A stretch of DNA of 64,000 nt from Myxococcota bacterium (GCA_039028615.1 JBCCHT010000049.1:29514-93513), one strand, 5' to 3'. Counted from the first letter of the stretch, positions 7,353-18,129 are shown. Translations and numbers: made by a program. The notes: generated from the sequence alone by a model not told the origin.

Positions 7353-10154
7353 ATGGACTCGGGAGTCGAGAACAACGAGCTACTCACCACGGGAGTCACG
7401 CCGACGCAGGTCCGCGACGCCCCGGGGGAGGGCTTCGTACAGGCTCCTGGGGCGGGTTCTCGGATGGGTCGCTATCTCCTGCTCCAGGAGGTCGGCTCGG
7501 GTGGAATGGGCGTGGTCATGGAAGCCTATGACCAAGAGCTCGATCGCCGCGTCGCGCTGAAACTTCTGCGGCCGCACTTGAGTCGAACTGGCGAAGCCCG
7601 CATGCGTCGCGAGGCTCGGATGCTCGCGCAGCTGCAGCATCCTTCCGTGGTCACCGTCTTCGAGGTCGGTGTCTTCGATGGACAGCTGTTCATCGCCATG
7701 GAGTTCGTCGACGGCGAGACCTTCGATCGTTGGGTCGCCGCGCACCGACCTCCGTGGCGACAGATCCTCGGCGTGGCCATCGAAGCGGCGAGAGGCCTCG
7801 GGGCCGCTCATGCGGTGGGGCTGATCCACCGCGACATGAAGCCGAGCAACGTGCTGGTCGGCAAGGACGGGCGCGTGTGTGTGGCGGACTTTGGCATCGC
7901 CACCGCGACCGAGCCGAGCGACGAGGCCGACGTACCCTCGCAGGCGTCGCGACTGGAGACCGGCTCGCAGGAGTCGATGGAGATCCTCGCGGCGGCCAGC
8001 GAGCGCTTCAAGGCCAACGAGACGACGCCGCATACCGAGCACGGCACGGTCGTGGGCACGCCCGCGTTCATGGCTCCCGAGCAGCATCGCGGCCAAGGGG
8101 TCGACGCGCGCTCCGACCAGTTCGCGTTCTGCGTGACCCTGTACCGCATGCTCTACGGCGAGGCGCCCTTCGCCGGCGACGACCTCCAGTCCTTGCGGGC
8201 GCGGGTGTGTCGGGGGGCCATCAACCCGCCGCCGGCCGGCGTCTCGGTCCCCAACTCGGTGCGGCGGGTCTTGCTTCGCGGCCTGGCCGTCGATCCGCAG
8301 CGGCGCTGGCCGACGATGCAGCAGCTCATCGTGGCGCTCGAGCGTTGTCTTCGACGCCGCCGTCGTCGGCTCGGCGTAGTGATCGGCGGAGCGATCATCG
8401 GTGCGAGCGCGGCCACGTGGATGCTCTCGACCGAGCCGGCCGAGGGCGCATCGTGCAGCGCGTTGGAAGAGCCGTTGGTCGAGGTCTGGGACGACGAGCG
8501 ACGCGCGTCGATGCGCGACGCCTTTGTGGCCAGCGAGCTGCCCTACGCCCTCGACACCTGGAGTCGCACCTCGCGTCGGCTCGACCGTCAGGCCAGGCGC
8601 TGGAGCGATCGCTACGGCGAGGTCTGCATGGCCATGGGCGACCAGGGAGCCAGCGTGACCCTCGACCTCGAGATGGGCTGCCTCCGGCAGCGTCGCGAGG
8701 AGCTGCGGGCGCTGGTCGAGCTGCTCATCGATGGTGAGGCAGAGACCATCGCCAAGGCCATCCAGGCCGCGGCCGAGCTCGAGCCGGTCGAGACCTGTCG
8801 CGCCCGCGGGGCGGAGGCGGCCGCCATGGCTCCGCCCGCCCCCGAGCAGCAGGCCGAGGTCGACGAGATTCGTCTGCTGCTGGCGCGGGCCGAAGCGGCC
8901 TACAAGGCGGGGCGGATCGCGACCGCGTTCGAGTCGGCCGAGCGGGCCCACACGCGGGCGCAGGCCCTGGGCTACCCGCCGGTCGAGGTCGAGGCGAGCT
9001 TCCGCCTGGGCATGCTGCAGGGCATCCGCAGCGAGTTCGAGCAGTCCGAGGCCAACCTCGGCTCGGCCGCGCTCCGGGCCGTGGAGGCCCGGCACGATCG
9101 CATCGCGGCCCAGGCCGCGATCATGCAGGCCTTCGTCATCGGCTATCAGCTGGGGCGGCACTCCGAGGGCATGACCTCCGTCCGTCATGCTCAGGCCGCG
9201 ATCGATCGACTGGGTCCCGACCCGATGCTCGACGCTCAGCTCCGCGTCACGCGGGCAGCCATCCTCACCGCGCAGGGCGAGTTCGACGAAGCGCTGAGGG
9301 ACTTCCGGCATGGCCTGGCCCAGCGGGAGAAGACCCTCGGCCACGACCACCCCGTGGTGGCGTCCTCGTACAACAACCTCGGCAGCGTGCTGGTCGAGCT
9401 CGGTCGCTTCGACGAAGCCCTCACCGCGCTCGAGACGGCCCGGGAGATCTGGGAAGGCTCGTATGGACCGCGGCACCCGATGATCGCCACCGCCCTCAAC
9501 GGCATCGGAGCCGTGCTCGAGCAGATGGGGCGCTGGCCCGAGGCGCGCGACCGCATCGAGCAGGCGCTGGCCATCCGCGAGCAGACCTTCGGGCCCGACC
9601 ACGTCAACGTGGCGATCACCCTCGACAACCTCGGCTCGGTTCTCACGTACATGGGTGAGTACGAGGAAGCCCGCAAGGCGAGCCAGCGGGCGCTCGAGCT
9701 CCGCGAGCGCACCCTGGGCTCCGACCACCCGCACATCGCCTCGTCGCTGGTGAACCTCGGGCTCGTGGCTGAAAAAGAAGCCCGCTTCGCCGACGCGGTC
9801 TCGTATCACCGCCGGGCCATTTCCCTGTGGGAAGAGACGCTGGGCCCCGACCATCCCTACCTGGGCTTTCCGCTGACCAGCGTGGGGCGCGTGGATTTCG
9901 CGCTGGGTCATCGGGCCCAGGCCAAGGCGGAGCTGGAGCGAGCGCTCACGCTGCGTGCGGAAGGGAGCAAGCCGGCCGAGCGCGCCGAGACCCGCCTGGC
10001 GCTGGCGATGGTGGTGTGGGCCGATGACCCCCAGCGTGCGCGAGATCTCGCGACCCAGGCTCAGCAGGACGTGACCGGCGACGTGCCGCGGGATGCCGCC
10101 CTGCGCGGCGAGATCGAGACGTGGCTGCAGGAGCATCCGGCAGCGCCGCCGTGA
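7353..10154 (+). CDS. Ser/Thr protein kinase with TM segment, Cys-rich region and TPR repeats
   Basis: GSGGMG, VALK, HRDMKPSN, DFG, GTPAFMAPE; TM at ~aa 340-360; repeated LGxxHPxVAxxxNNLG TPRs. Confidence 0.95.
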   Translation: MDSGVENNELLTTGVTPTQVRDAPGEGFVQAPGAGSRMGRYLLLQEVGSGGMGVVMEAYDQELDRRVALKLLRPHLSRTGEARMRREARMLAQLQHPSVVTVFEVGVFDGQLFIAMEFVDGETFDRWVAAHRPPWRQILGVAIEAARGLGAAHAVGLIHRDMKPSNVLVGKDGRVCVADFGIATATEPSDEADVPSQASRLETGSQESMEILAAASERFKANETTPHTEHGTVVGTPAFMAPEQHRGQGVDARSDQFAFCVTLYRMLYGEAPFAGDDLQSLRARVCRGAINPPPAGVSVPNSVRRVLLRGLAVDPQRRWPTMQQLIVALERCLRRRRRRLGVVIGGAIIGASAATWMLSTEPAEGASCSALEEPLVEVWDDERRASMRDAFVASELPYALDTWSRTSRRLDRQARRWSDRYGEVCMAMGDQGASVTLDLEMGCLRQRREELRALVELLIDGEAETIAKAIQAAAELEPVETCRARGAEAAAMAPPAPEQQAEVDEIRLLLARAEAAYKAGRIATAFESAERAHTRAQALGYPPVEVEASFRLGMLQGIRSEFEQSEANLGSAALRAVEARHDRIAAQAAIMQAFVIGYQLGRHSEGMTSVRHAQAAIDRLGPDPMLDAQLRVTRAAILTAQGEFDEALRDFRHGLAQREKTLGHDHPVVASSYNNLGSVLVELGRFDEALTALETAREIWEGSYGPRHPMIATALNGIGAVLEQMGRWPEARDRIEQALAIREQTFGPDHVNVAITLDNLGSVLTYMGEYEEARKASQRALELRERTLGSDHPHIASSLVNLGLVAEKEARFADAVSYHRRAISLWEETLGPDHPYLGFPLTSVGRVDFALGHRAQAKAELERALTLRAEGSKPAERAETRLALAMVVWADDPQRARDLATQAQQDVTGDVPRDAALRGEIETWLQEHPAAPP

Positions 10155-10218
10155 GCCAAGCGGCGCAACCCCCCGATGCCCCTCCCGGCGATGGCGTGAT
10201 TGTGGTACCTGCGCCGTC

Positions 10219-11319
10219 ATGGCGCTGTCCGTCGGGATCGTAGGCTTGCCCAACGTCGGGAAGTCGACCCTCTTCAATGCTCTGTCCGATGCCGGGGCGG
10301 AGTCGGCCAACTACCCGTTTTGCACGATCGAGCCCAACGTGGGCGTCGTGCCCGTGCCCGATCCGCGGCAGGACGCGCTGGTCGACCTGTACAGCCCCAA
10401 GTCCAACGTGCCCACCAGCGTCGAGTTCCTCGACATCGCGGGCCTGGTCAAGGGGGCGAGCCAGGGCGAGGGGCTCGGTAACCAGTTCCTGACCCACATC
10501 CGCTCGGTGGACGCCATCTGTCACGTGGTCCGCTGTTTCGAGGACGACAACGTGGTGCACGTGGACGGCAAGGTCGACCCCACCGCGGACATCGACGTCA
10601 TCGACACCGAGCTGCTGCTGCGCGACATGCAGTCGGTCGAAAACCGCCGCGATCGGGCGCGCAAGCAGTCCAAGAGCGGCGACGCCGACGAGAAGAAGGC
10701 GCTCGAGGTCACCGAGAAGGTGCTCGGCAAGCTGGAGGACGGGGTCCCCGTGCGCGCGATGGAGCTCGACGAGGACGAGCTCGAGGTGCTGCATCCGCTG
10801 GCGTTGCTGACGGCCAAGCCCGTGCTCTTCGTGGCCAACGTGGCCGAGGACGCGGCGGCCGAGGCCATGGACCAGCCGATGGTGCAGGCGGTCGTGGAGC
10901 GGGCCAAGGCGCAGGGCGCCGAGGTGGTCGCCATCTCGGCGTCGATCGAGTCGGAGATCGCGGGCCTCGAGGCGGACGACCAGGTCGAGTTCCTGGAGAG
11001 CGTGGGCCTCGAGGAGCCGGGCCTGCACCGGCTCATCCGCAAGGCGTACCGCTTGCTCGACCTGCTCACCTTCTTCACCGCGGGGGAGAAGGAGGTCCGG
11101 GCGTGGACCATCCGCACCGGGACCAAGGCTCCGGGCGCGGCGGGCAAGATCCACACCGATTTCGAGCGCGGGTTCATCCGCGCCGAGGTGATGCACTGGA
11201 AGGACCTCATCGACGAGGGCAGCGAGGCCGGGGTGAAGGCCAAGGGCTTGCTGCGGGTCGAGGGCAAGGACTACGTCGTCGCCGACGGCGACGTGATCCA
11301 CTTCCGCTTCAACGTCTGA
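10219..11319 (+). CDS. ychF: Redox-regulated ATPase YchF
   Basis: GIVGLPNVGKST, ANYPFCTIEPN, DIAGLVKGASQGEGLGNQFL, TGS domain ending FRFNV. Confidence 0.98.
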   Translation: MALSVGIVGLPNVGKSTLFNALSDAGAESANYPFCTIEPNVGVVPVPDPRQDALVDLYSPKSNVPTSVEFLDIAGLVKGASQGEGLGNQFLTHIRSVDAICHVVRCFEDDNVVHVDGKVDPTADIDVIDTELLLRDMQSVENRRDRARKQSKSGDADEKKALEVTEKVLGKLEDGVPVRAMELDEDELEVLHPLALLTAKPVLFVANVAEDAAAEAMDQPMVQAVVERAKAQGAEVVAISASIESEIAGLEADDQVEFLESVGLEEPGLHRLIRKAYRLLDLLTFFTAGEKEVRAWTIRTGTKAPGAAGKIHTDFERGFIRAEVMHWKDLIDEGSEAGVKAKGLLRVEGKDYVVADGDVIHFRFNV

Positions 11320-11381
11320 GCCGCCCTCCTTTATTAGAGGAAGGGCGACTGTCGGCGGTCGGGCTGTCGCGCTTTGTGCGC

Positions 11382-12539
11382 CTAGGTCAGGTCGTCGAGC
11401 GCGGACGAGATGTTGGCGAGGGCCTCTTCGAGATCCGCGGGGTCGACGCCGAAGCTCAGCCGGATGAAGCCGGGCGCCTCGAAGAAGCTGCCGGGGACCA
11501 CCTGGGTCTGGTAGCGCTCGCGCAGGTGCTCGACGAAGGGCCCGTCGTTCATGAGGTCGGGCAGGCGCACGCAGCCGCTGAGGCCCGCATGAGGCGCGAC
11601 CCACGAGACCCGAGGCTCGTTGTCGATCCACTTCTGGACGATGGCCTGTCCCGCGCTTCCCACGCGTTTCGTCCATGCGGTGAGCCGCTCGGAATCGCGC
11701 AGGACTCGAGCGCCGAGCATGAGGGTCGAGACCGGCTCGTCGACGTGTAGGTAGTTGGTGGCCGCGCGGAGCACCCGGTTGGCCTCGGGGTTGCCGGTCA
11801 CGATCCAGCCCGCGCGTAGTGCGGAGAAGCCGAAGCACTTCGTGCTCGAGGACCAGCTGATGCAGTTGGGCGCGACGCGGCACGCCGGTTGAATCGGCGC
11901 GTCGGCATCGGCCGGGAAGTCGTAGTCGAGGTAGACCTCGTCGACGAGCACGACCGCGCCGACCCGCGCCGCGAGCTCGGTGACCTCGAGCAAGGTGTTG
12001 CGATCGAGCGCGACCCCGCTCGGGTTGTGAAGGTTGCTGAGGATGACCGCCTTGGTGCGCGGAGTGAGCAGCCGGGCGAGTCGGTCGGGACGGACCGCCC
12101 AACCATCGGCGGCGTCTCGCTCGAGTCGCGACGTCGTGGCCCCGAGCATCTCGGGTACCCGATGCAATGGTTCGTACGTCGGGCGCTCGACGATGACATG
12201 ATCACCCGAGCGGAGCAGAGCCATCAGCACATGGGTGATGGCCAGGCTCGCGCCGAGGGTCGGGGTGACCTTCTCGGGTTCGACCCCGTAGCGCGCCGAC
12301 ACGACCTCGATGAATTCTTCGCGTGCGCGACGGCGCACGTCGCGGCGACAGAGTTGCGCGACGTCGAGGGCGTCGGACCAGGAGCCAACGATGGCTCGCG
12401 CCTCCTCGTCGTCCGACCCGTTCGTCACCGTATCGGCGATGCCACTGCCGGTGAGGTTGAGACGTGCCAACCCCTCGACCGATTTGGCCCACGGCAGATA
12501 CTCCAGGGCTCGCAGCGCCGCCTTCACAACGGGCGGCAT
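11382..12539 (-). CDS. PLP-dependent aminotransferase, class I/II
   Basis: NLHNPSG, VDEVY, SSTKCFGFSALRAGW (Schiff-base Lys), RLSFG. Confidence 0.9.
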   Translation of the reverse strand: MPPVVKAALRALEYLPWAKSVEGLARLNLTGSGIADTVTNGSDDEEARAIVGSWSDALDVAQLCRRDVRRRAREEFIEVVSARYGVEPEKVTPTLGASLAITHVLMALLRSGDHVIVERPTYEPLHRVPEMLGATTSRLERDAADGWAVRPDRLARLLTPRTKAVILSNLHNPSGVALDRNTLLEVTELAARVGAVVLVDEVYLDYDFPADADAPIQPACRVAPNCISWSSSTKCFGFSALRAGWIVTGNPEANRVLRAATNYLHVDEPVSTLMLGARVLRDSERLTAWTKRVGSAGQAIVQKWIDNEPRVSWVAPHAGLSGCVRLPDLMNDGPFVEHLRERYQTQVVPGSFFEAPGFIRLSFGVDPADLEEALANISSALDDLT

Positions 12540-12684
12540 GGTTTCAGATGTAGGAGAGCCCCGCAAGCGGCCGTAAACAGCGGTTTTCGGCCCTCTACGG
12601 GGCAATTGGGGCAGTGTCGGCGGGCGGACTACCCCGCGATGGGCAGCCGGACGACCCAGATCTGCGCGAAGCGCTCAGGCCTAC

Positions 12685-12951
12685 TCAGCGTCCGCGCCAG
12701 CGGGTCAACGACGATCGCGTGCCTCGGCGGAGCACTCGAGCGAGCTTGAGCGTCTCGGTCTCGGCCCACGAATCGGCGAGCGCGGGCTCGAGTCGTGGTC
12801 GACCTTCGGGCCAATCGAGACGAGTTTCGAGACGGCGACCTTCCGGTAAATAGATCGCGACGGTGTACACGGCGGGGTCGTCGGCGACCCGAGTCGCCAC
12901 GAACCGGCCCCCGTTGTCGGGATGAAGATCAGTACTCGAGCTTTCGACCAC
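12685..12951 (-). CDS. Small hypothetical protein
   Basis: Protein-like C-terminal part of ORF 12685..13386 (DLHPDNGGRFVATR...LTRWRGR); GTG start assumed. Confidence 0.5.
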   Translation of the reverse strand: MVESSSTDLHPDNGGRFVATRVADDPAVYTVAIYLPEGRRLETRLDWPEGRPRLEPALADSWAETETLKLARVLRRGTRSSLTRWRGR

Positions 12952-13039
12952 GGCTGTCCGGAAAAATCGAAGACGACCCCGGCCACGCGCGGGCGCGAAC
13001 CGGGGTCGTGAAAAGCGAGACGGTGAACGTCGATCCTCG

Positions 13040-14005
13040 TCAGGCGGGGCAGCCCTCTTCGCCCGCATCGCAGCAGGCGCACTCGGTCGCGCCCTCGTCG
13101 GTGGTGACGCACTCGCCGAAGTCGTAGGTGATGCCGTCGGCGTCACCTTCCTCGGTGCAGATGCGAAGGCAGCTGTCGCCGCCGAGTCGGTTGTCCTGGC
13201 AGAAGAGGATCTGATCCCCGTCGTCACCGCAGGCGTCGCAGTCGGGTCCGCTGCACGGAGTGCCCGGGCCGTCGCCGCAGACGAACGCGACACCGGAGCC
13301 GTCGTCGATGCAGCCGTAGGCGAAGTCGCGACCCTCGCTCTCGCACCAGACGGTGGGGAACCCGGAGTTCTCGACCCAGGTGCCACCCATGCACTCCCAG
13401 TAGCGGCTGCCGGCCGGGCCCTCGGACTCGACGTTGCTGCAGAAGATGAAGGTGTCGTCGGTGCAGTCGGCGTCGTTGGGCTCGACGCCGTTCCACTCCG
13501 CCTCTTCCATGGTGCACTCGCCGGGCGGCTCGGCCGTCTCGTCGGCGCCAGTGTCGTCGACGTCGTCCGCGGTATCCGCGGTGCCCGAGGTCATCGGGTC
13601 GCCCGTGGTGAGCGGAGCGTCGGTCTCGCCGGGGGCCTGGTTGGGATCTTCGCAGCAGCTCAGATCCGACAAGTCACTGGGATTACACCAGTTAAAGCCA
13701 TCGTCGCAGACGCAGACCTCACCCTCGAGGTGCACCGGGTTGTTCTCGTCGCCGCCGCAGCTGGCATCGCCACCGCGGCCCGGGATCTCGTCGCACTCGA
13801 AGTCGTTGGCGTCGTTGGGGTTGACCCACTCGTGGCCGGCGTCGCACACGCATTCCCCACCCACGAGTTGGCTGTCGCAGCCGGTGTTGCCGCACTCGCT
13901 GCAGTCGAGGGGGCCGACCGAGATGACGCAGCCGAGGCCGAGGCCACCGAGTCCGCCAAAGGTTGCAGTCAACAGGAGCGTGCGGAGGGTTTGTGTCATG
14001 CGCAT
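13040..14005 (-). CDS. Cys-rich acidic lipoprotein with EGF-like CxC repeats
   Basis: Signal peptide ending GLGC; numerous Cys; T/D-rich central linker. Confidence 0.8.
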   Translation of the reverse strand: MRMTQTLRTLLLTATFGGLGGLGLGCVISVGPLDCSECGNTGCDSQLVGGECVCDAGHEWVNPNDANDFECDEIPGRGGDASCGGDENNPVHLEGEVCVCDDGFNWCNPSDLSDLSCCEDPNQAPGETDAPLTTGDPMTSGTADTADDVDDTGADETAEPPGECTMEEAEWNGVEPNDADCTDDTFIFCSNVESEGPAGSRYWECMGGTWVENSGFPTVWCESEGRDFAYGCIDDGSGVAFVCGDGPGTPCSGPDCDACGDDGDQILFCQDNRLGGDSCLRICTEEGDADGITYDFGECVTTDEGATECACCDAGEEGCPA

Positions 14006-14164
14006 GGGAGTAGGCCTTTCGACGGCCTGTACGGCCGCTTCATTCTTCCCACCTGTACCGCAAGGAGCCCCACTCGCGCGAGCCTGCGCTAGCACCGCAG
14101 TCTGAGCTGGGAGCCGAGCGCAACCGCGCGGGCGGGGCTTGTCGGGGGCGTCGAAGGCCGACGC

Positions 14165-15181
14165 TCAGTCGACGGTCCAGGTGTGGCCGGAGTTCAGCAG
14201 GGCGTTCATGTCGCCCAGTCCGTTCTTGGCCACGGCTTGCTCGTTCTGGGCCACGACCGCCGCGTCGTAGGCGTGGCGCGGTTCGCGATAGAGCACGCCG
14301 AAGACCATCGGGAAGTCGGGCACGTACAGCTGCGCGAGCAGGAAGGCGAGGCTGCGGTTGGTCTCGTCGTGGACGGTGACCTCCGACTCGGGCACGCCGC
14401 CCTCGCCGACCTGCACGACCTCGATTTCGCCCCCGACGACGCGCAGGCCCTTGTTCTTCTCTTTGCCGAACAGCAACGGCTTGCCGTGCTCGGCCCACAG
14501 CTGCGTGTCCGACGCGACATCGCGGGCGGTGACCCCGGTCCAGGTGCCGTCGTTGAACACGGGGCAGTTCTGGAGGATCTCGACGAACGAGGCACCGCGG
14601 TGCTCGCGGGCTTCGACGAGCACGGAGCCCAGGGTCTTGATCGAGGTGTCGATGGCGCGTGCGACGAACGGAGCGCCCGCGCCCAGCGCAAACAGCGTGG
14701 GCACGACGGGGTAGTCGAGGGAGCCCATCGGGGTCGAGGGGCTGCGCTGGCCGAGCAGCGAGGTGGGCGAGTATTGGCCTTTGGTCAGCCCGTAGATGCG
14801 GTTGTTGAACATCAGCAGCTGGACGTCGACGTTGCGGCGCAGCACGTGCAGCAGGTGGTTGCCGCCGATGCTGAGGCCGTCGCCGTCACCGGTGATGATC
14901 CAGACGTCGAGGTCGGGGTTCGACAGCTTGAGTCCGGTGGCCAGCGCGGGCGCGCGGCCGTGGATCGTGTGGAACCCGTAGGTGTTCATGTAATAGGGGA
15001 AGCGGCTGGAGCAGCCGATCCCGGAGATGAACACGGTGTTCTCCCGTGCGACGCCCATGGTGGGGAGCGCCTTTTGGACGGCCGCGAGGATCGCGTAGTC
15101 GCCGCAGCCAGGGCACCAACGGACTTCCTGATCGGAGGTGAAGTCCTTTTTGGTGAGCTTCTTGGCAGGTGTATCGGGCAT
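14165..15181 (-). CDS. korB: 2-oxoacid:ferredoxin oxidoreductase beta subunit
   Basis: WCPGCGD, SGIGCSSR, TPP-binding GDGDG..IGGNH...NN, GLTKGQYSPT. Confidence 0.95.
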   Translation of the reverse strand: MPDTPAKKLTKKDFTSDQEVRWCPGCGDYAILAAVQKALPTMGVARENTVFISGIGCSSRFPYYMNTYGFHTIHGRAPALATGLKLSNPDLDVWIITGDGDGLSIGGNHLLHVLRRNVDVQLLMFNNRIYGLTKGQYSPTSLLGQRSPSTPMGSLDYPVVPTLFALGAGAPFVARAIDTSIKTLGSVLVEAREHRGASFVEILQNCPVFNDGTWTGVTARDVASDTQLWAEHGKPLLFGKEKNKGLRVVGGEIEVVQVGEGGVPESEVTVHDETNRSLAFLLAQLYVPDFPMVFGVLYREPRHAYDAAVVAQNEQAVAKNGLGDMNALLNSGHTWTVD

Positions 15182-15206
15182 GGCTTCGATTCGCTCGGCG
15201 AGAGGT

Positions 15207-17078
15207 TCAGGCGTTGAGGGCGGCTTCGATGCCGTCGAGGACCTCGGCGACCTTGAAGGGTTGTCCCTCGACCTTGTCGAGGGGCTCGGCGGGCACGAGA
15301 TATTCGGCGCGGAGCACTCGGCAGAGCTGACCGTTGTTGAGTTCGGGGACGAGGACCTTGTCGAAGTTCCGCAGCAGATCCCCGAGGTTGCGCGGCATGG
15401 GCCACATCTGACGGACGTGGATGTGCGAGACGTCCAGGCCCTTGGCCCGGGCGCGCTGCACCCCTTGGTTGACCGAGCCGAAGGTCGAGCCCCAGCTCAC
15501 CACCGCCATCGTGCCGGAGTCGTTACCCAGCTCGACCGCCTGCTCGGGCATGTCTTGGGCGATGCGCATGATCTTGTCTGCGCGGACATCGGTCATCTTC
15601 TGGTGGTTCTTCGGGTCGTACGAGATGTGGCCCGAGTCGTAGTTCTTCTCGAGGCCGCCGATGCGGTGCTCGAGGCCGGGGGTGCCCGGCTTGGGCCACA
15701 CCCGCGCGAGGGTCTCGTCGTCGCGCATGTACGGGTGGAAGCCCTCGGTGTCCGCGTGGAACGTCACCGGGAACGGCTTGAGCTCGTCGAAGTTGGGGAT
15801 CTTCCACGGGGAGGCGCCGTTGGCGATGAACCCGTCGGACAGCACCATGACGGGAGTCATGTACTTGGTCGCGATGCGGCAGGCCTCGATGGCGTAGTGG
15901 AAGCACTCGCCGGGGGTGGCGGGCGCGAGTACGCACATCGGGGCATCGCCGTTGCGGCCCCAGATGGCCTGGAACAGGTCGCTCTGCTCCGTCTTGGTCG
16001 GCATGCCCGTGGAGGGGCCAGCACGCTGGACGTCGAAGATCACCAGCGGGAGCTCGGTCATGATCGCCAAGCCGATGGCCTCGCCCTTGAGCGCGATGCC
16101 GGGCCCGGAGGACGCCGTGGCCCCCAGGGCGCCGCCGAACGAGGCCCCGACCGCCGCACACACGGCGGCGATCTCGTCCTCGGCCTGGAAGGTGGTGACC
16201 CCGAAGTGCTTGAGCTTGGCCAAGCTGTGCAGGACCGACGACGCCGGCGTGATGGGGTAGGAGCCGAACATCACGGGAAGACCGGCCAGGCGGCCGCCCG
16301 CGGCCAATCCCCAGGCGAGCGCCTCGTTCCCGGTGATGTTGCGGTAGGTGCCCTTGGCCAGGACCGCCTTGGGGACCTTGTAGGTGCCGACGTTCTGGGG
16401 CAGCTCGGCCATCTGGCCGTACACGTGCCCGGCATTGAGCGCGGCGATGTTGGCCTCGGCCAGCTCGGGCTTCTTGGCGAACTTGGCCTTGAGCCACTCC
16501 ACGGTGGGCTCGCGGCTGCGATCGAACATCCAGAACAGCAGGCCGAGCGTCCACACGTTCTTGGTGCGGGCTGCCGATTTGGAGCCGATGTCGAGGTGCG
16601 CCACCGCGGCCGTGGTCAGCTTGGTGATATCGGCCTTGAGCACCCGGTACGGGGCCAGCGTGTCGTCCGTCAGCGGGTCGACCTCGTACCCGGCTTTCTT
16701 CAGGTTGCCGCGCGTGAACGCGCCCGTGTTGATGATGACCAGCCCGCCGCGCGGCACGTCGGCGAGGTTCACCTTCAGAGCGGCGGGGTTCATCGCCACC
16801 AGCACGTCGGGAGCATCCCCCGGGGTCAGCACGTCGTGCGACGCGAAGTGGATTTGGAAGCCCGAGACGCCGAAGGTGGTGCCGGCTGGAGCACGGATCT
16901 CCGCCGGGAAGTCGGGGAAGGTGGCCAGGTCGTTGCCCGCGACCGCGGTCGCTTGCGTGAACTGGGTGCCGGCAAGCTGCATGCCGTCACCGGAGTCGCC
17001 CGCAAAGCGGATGACGACCGAGTCGAGAATCTCGCGATCCTCGGCGTTGGGGCTTTTATCGGAAACCGGGGTGTCCAT
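15207..17078 (-). CDS. korA: 2-oxoacid:acceptor oxidoreductase alpha subunit (fused gamma-alpha)
   Basis: AGDSGDGMQLAG, PAEIRAP, YPITPAS, QAEDEIAA, QRAGPSTGMPTK. Confidence 0.95.
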   Translation of the reverse strand: MDTPVSDKSPNAEDREILDSVVIRFAGDSGDGMQLAGTQFTQATAVAGNDLATFPDFPAEIRAPAGTTFGVSGFQIHFASHDVLTPGDAPDVLVAMNPAALKVNLADVPRGGLVIINTGAFTRGNLKKAGYEVDPLTDDTLAPYRVLKADITKLTTAAVAHLDIGSKSAARTKNVWTLGLLFWMFDRSREPTVEWLKAKFAKKPELAEANIAALNAGHVYGQMAELPQNVGTYKVPKAVLAKGTYRNITGNEALAWGLAAGGRLAGLPVMFGSYPITPASSVLHSLAKLKHFGVTTFQAEDEIAAVCAAVGASFGGALGATASSGPGIALKGEAIGLAIMTELPLVIFDVQRAGPSTGMPTKTEQSDLFQAIWGRNGDAPMCVLAPATPGECFHYAIEACRIATKYMTPVMVLSDGFIANGASPWKIPNFDELKPFPVTFHADTEGFHPYMRDDETLARVWPKPGTPGLEHRIGGLEKNYDSGHISYDPKNHQKMTDVRADKIMRIAQDMPEQAVELGNDSGTMAVVSWGSTFGSVNQGVQRARAKGLDVSHIHVRQMWPMPRNLGDLLRNFDKVLVPELNNGQLCRVLRAEYLVPAEPLDKVEGQPFKVAEVLDGIEAALNA

Positions 17079-17292
17079 GACGAAGACGTGGGACGAAGAA
17101 CGAAAGAGCGCGACGTCGCGAAGATGACGCTACGTCAGCGCATTGGACGGGAGTATGGCGCCGGGCCGAAACCTTGTCACCCCGTGAACCCGTGGCGCCG
17201 CGCACCGGATCGTGAGCTGCCCGTACGTAGCGTGAGCTGAACCGCACCTGCGCGGACGTGGCACGTGGCTCATCCGCCATGGTGTTCGCGCG

Positions 17293-17934
17293 CTAGAAGG
17301 TCGAGTCGATCAGCTGCTGGATGTACTCACGGTAGGCAGCCGGAGTTGCCGCGGTCGGCTCGTCGGGGGCGCTGGCCAAGCCGGCGGGTGCATCGCTGCC
17401 GCCATCGTCGGTACGTGCTCCGGCCCATTCCAATAGATAGATCCGGCCGTGTTCGTCGCGGACGCGCTTGTCCCGCAAATCCAGCTCGGACAGCTCCTTG
17501 GTCCAGCGCAGCACGTCGCGCACGAACGACCGTGACCACGTTCGATGGCGGGCGGTGAAGGCCTCCGCCTCCTCCGGCCAGGCGTTGCGGAGATGATCCC
17601 GCACCGCGGCGCCCAGCTTGGGGGCATTGCGGGCATCGTCGAGGTACCGCCGCCGGTCGTGCCCCTGGCTCTTGAGCAGCAGGCGTTCGGCCACCGACAG
17701 CTGGGTCCCGCCGAGCTTGAAGGTGGCCACGGGAAGACTCGGATCCACCTGGAGCCGAAGCTCCGGCCCGACGATCGCCGAGACGATGGAGCCGAACGCG
17801 AGGTGAGGCACCACCACCTCGCGGGGCTCGGCCGCCGCACTTCGCCGGGACCATCCCGTGATCGCGACGCCGGTCGACGCCGCTAGGAAGTGACGTCGAG
17901 ACCAGGAGCGAGAGGCGGTGGCTTCGTCGGTCAT
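17293..17934 (-). CDS. Tat-exported protein resembling a degenerate ZnuA/TroA-type solute-binding fold
   Basis: SRRHFL twin-arginine signal with AAA cleavage; YLDDARNA...VRDHL...PEEAEAF resembles the ZnuA backbone helix region. Confidence 0.6.
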   Translation of the reverse strand: MTDEATASRSWSRRHFLAASTGVAITGWSRRSAAAEPREVVVPHLAFGSIVSAIVGPELRLQVDPSLPVATFKLGGTQLSVAERLLLKSQGHDRRRYLDDARNAPKLGAAVRDHLRNAWPEEAEAFTARHRTWSRSFVRDVLRWTKELSELDLRDKRVRDEHGRIYLLEWAGARTDDGGSDAPAGLASAPDEPTAATPAAYREYIQQLIDSTF

Positions 17935-18129
17935 GCGCGTTTCACCCGTTGCGAAGGGAGTCTTCTGGCACCCCAAACGATCATCGGGCGTTCGTGCGTT
18001 TATGTCCATGTTTTTCGTGTGTCGGGATGACCATTGAGGACGCTCACGGGTCCGAACGGGCCCTTTGGGCCGCTCGCGATCTGCGTGAAGTCTCGCGCGA
18101 GGTCTGCGGCGAACTGCTAGCGTCGCGCC

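Noticed and set aside
7380..10310. 976-aa antisense ORF (and similar ORFs opposite korA, the PLD gene and the 47-kb lipoprotein gene)
   Set aside because: Mirror frames of well-supported genes, with no motifs.
17109..17240. Short palindromes and a CGTGAGCTG repeat upstream of korA as an FNR-type site
   Set aside because: No TTGAT-N4-ATCAA match; short GC-rich symmetries are expected by chance.
17935..18129. Possible riboswitch upstream of the Tat protein
   Set aside because: No recognisable conserved riboswitch motif; would need an Rfam/Infernal search.
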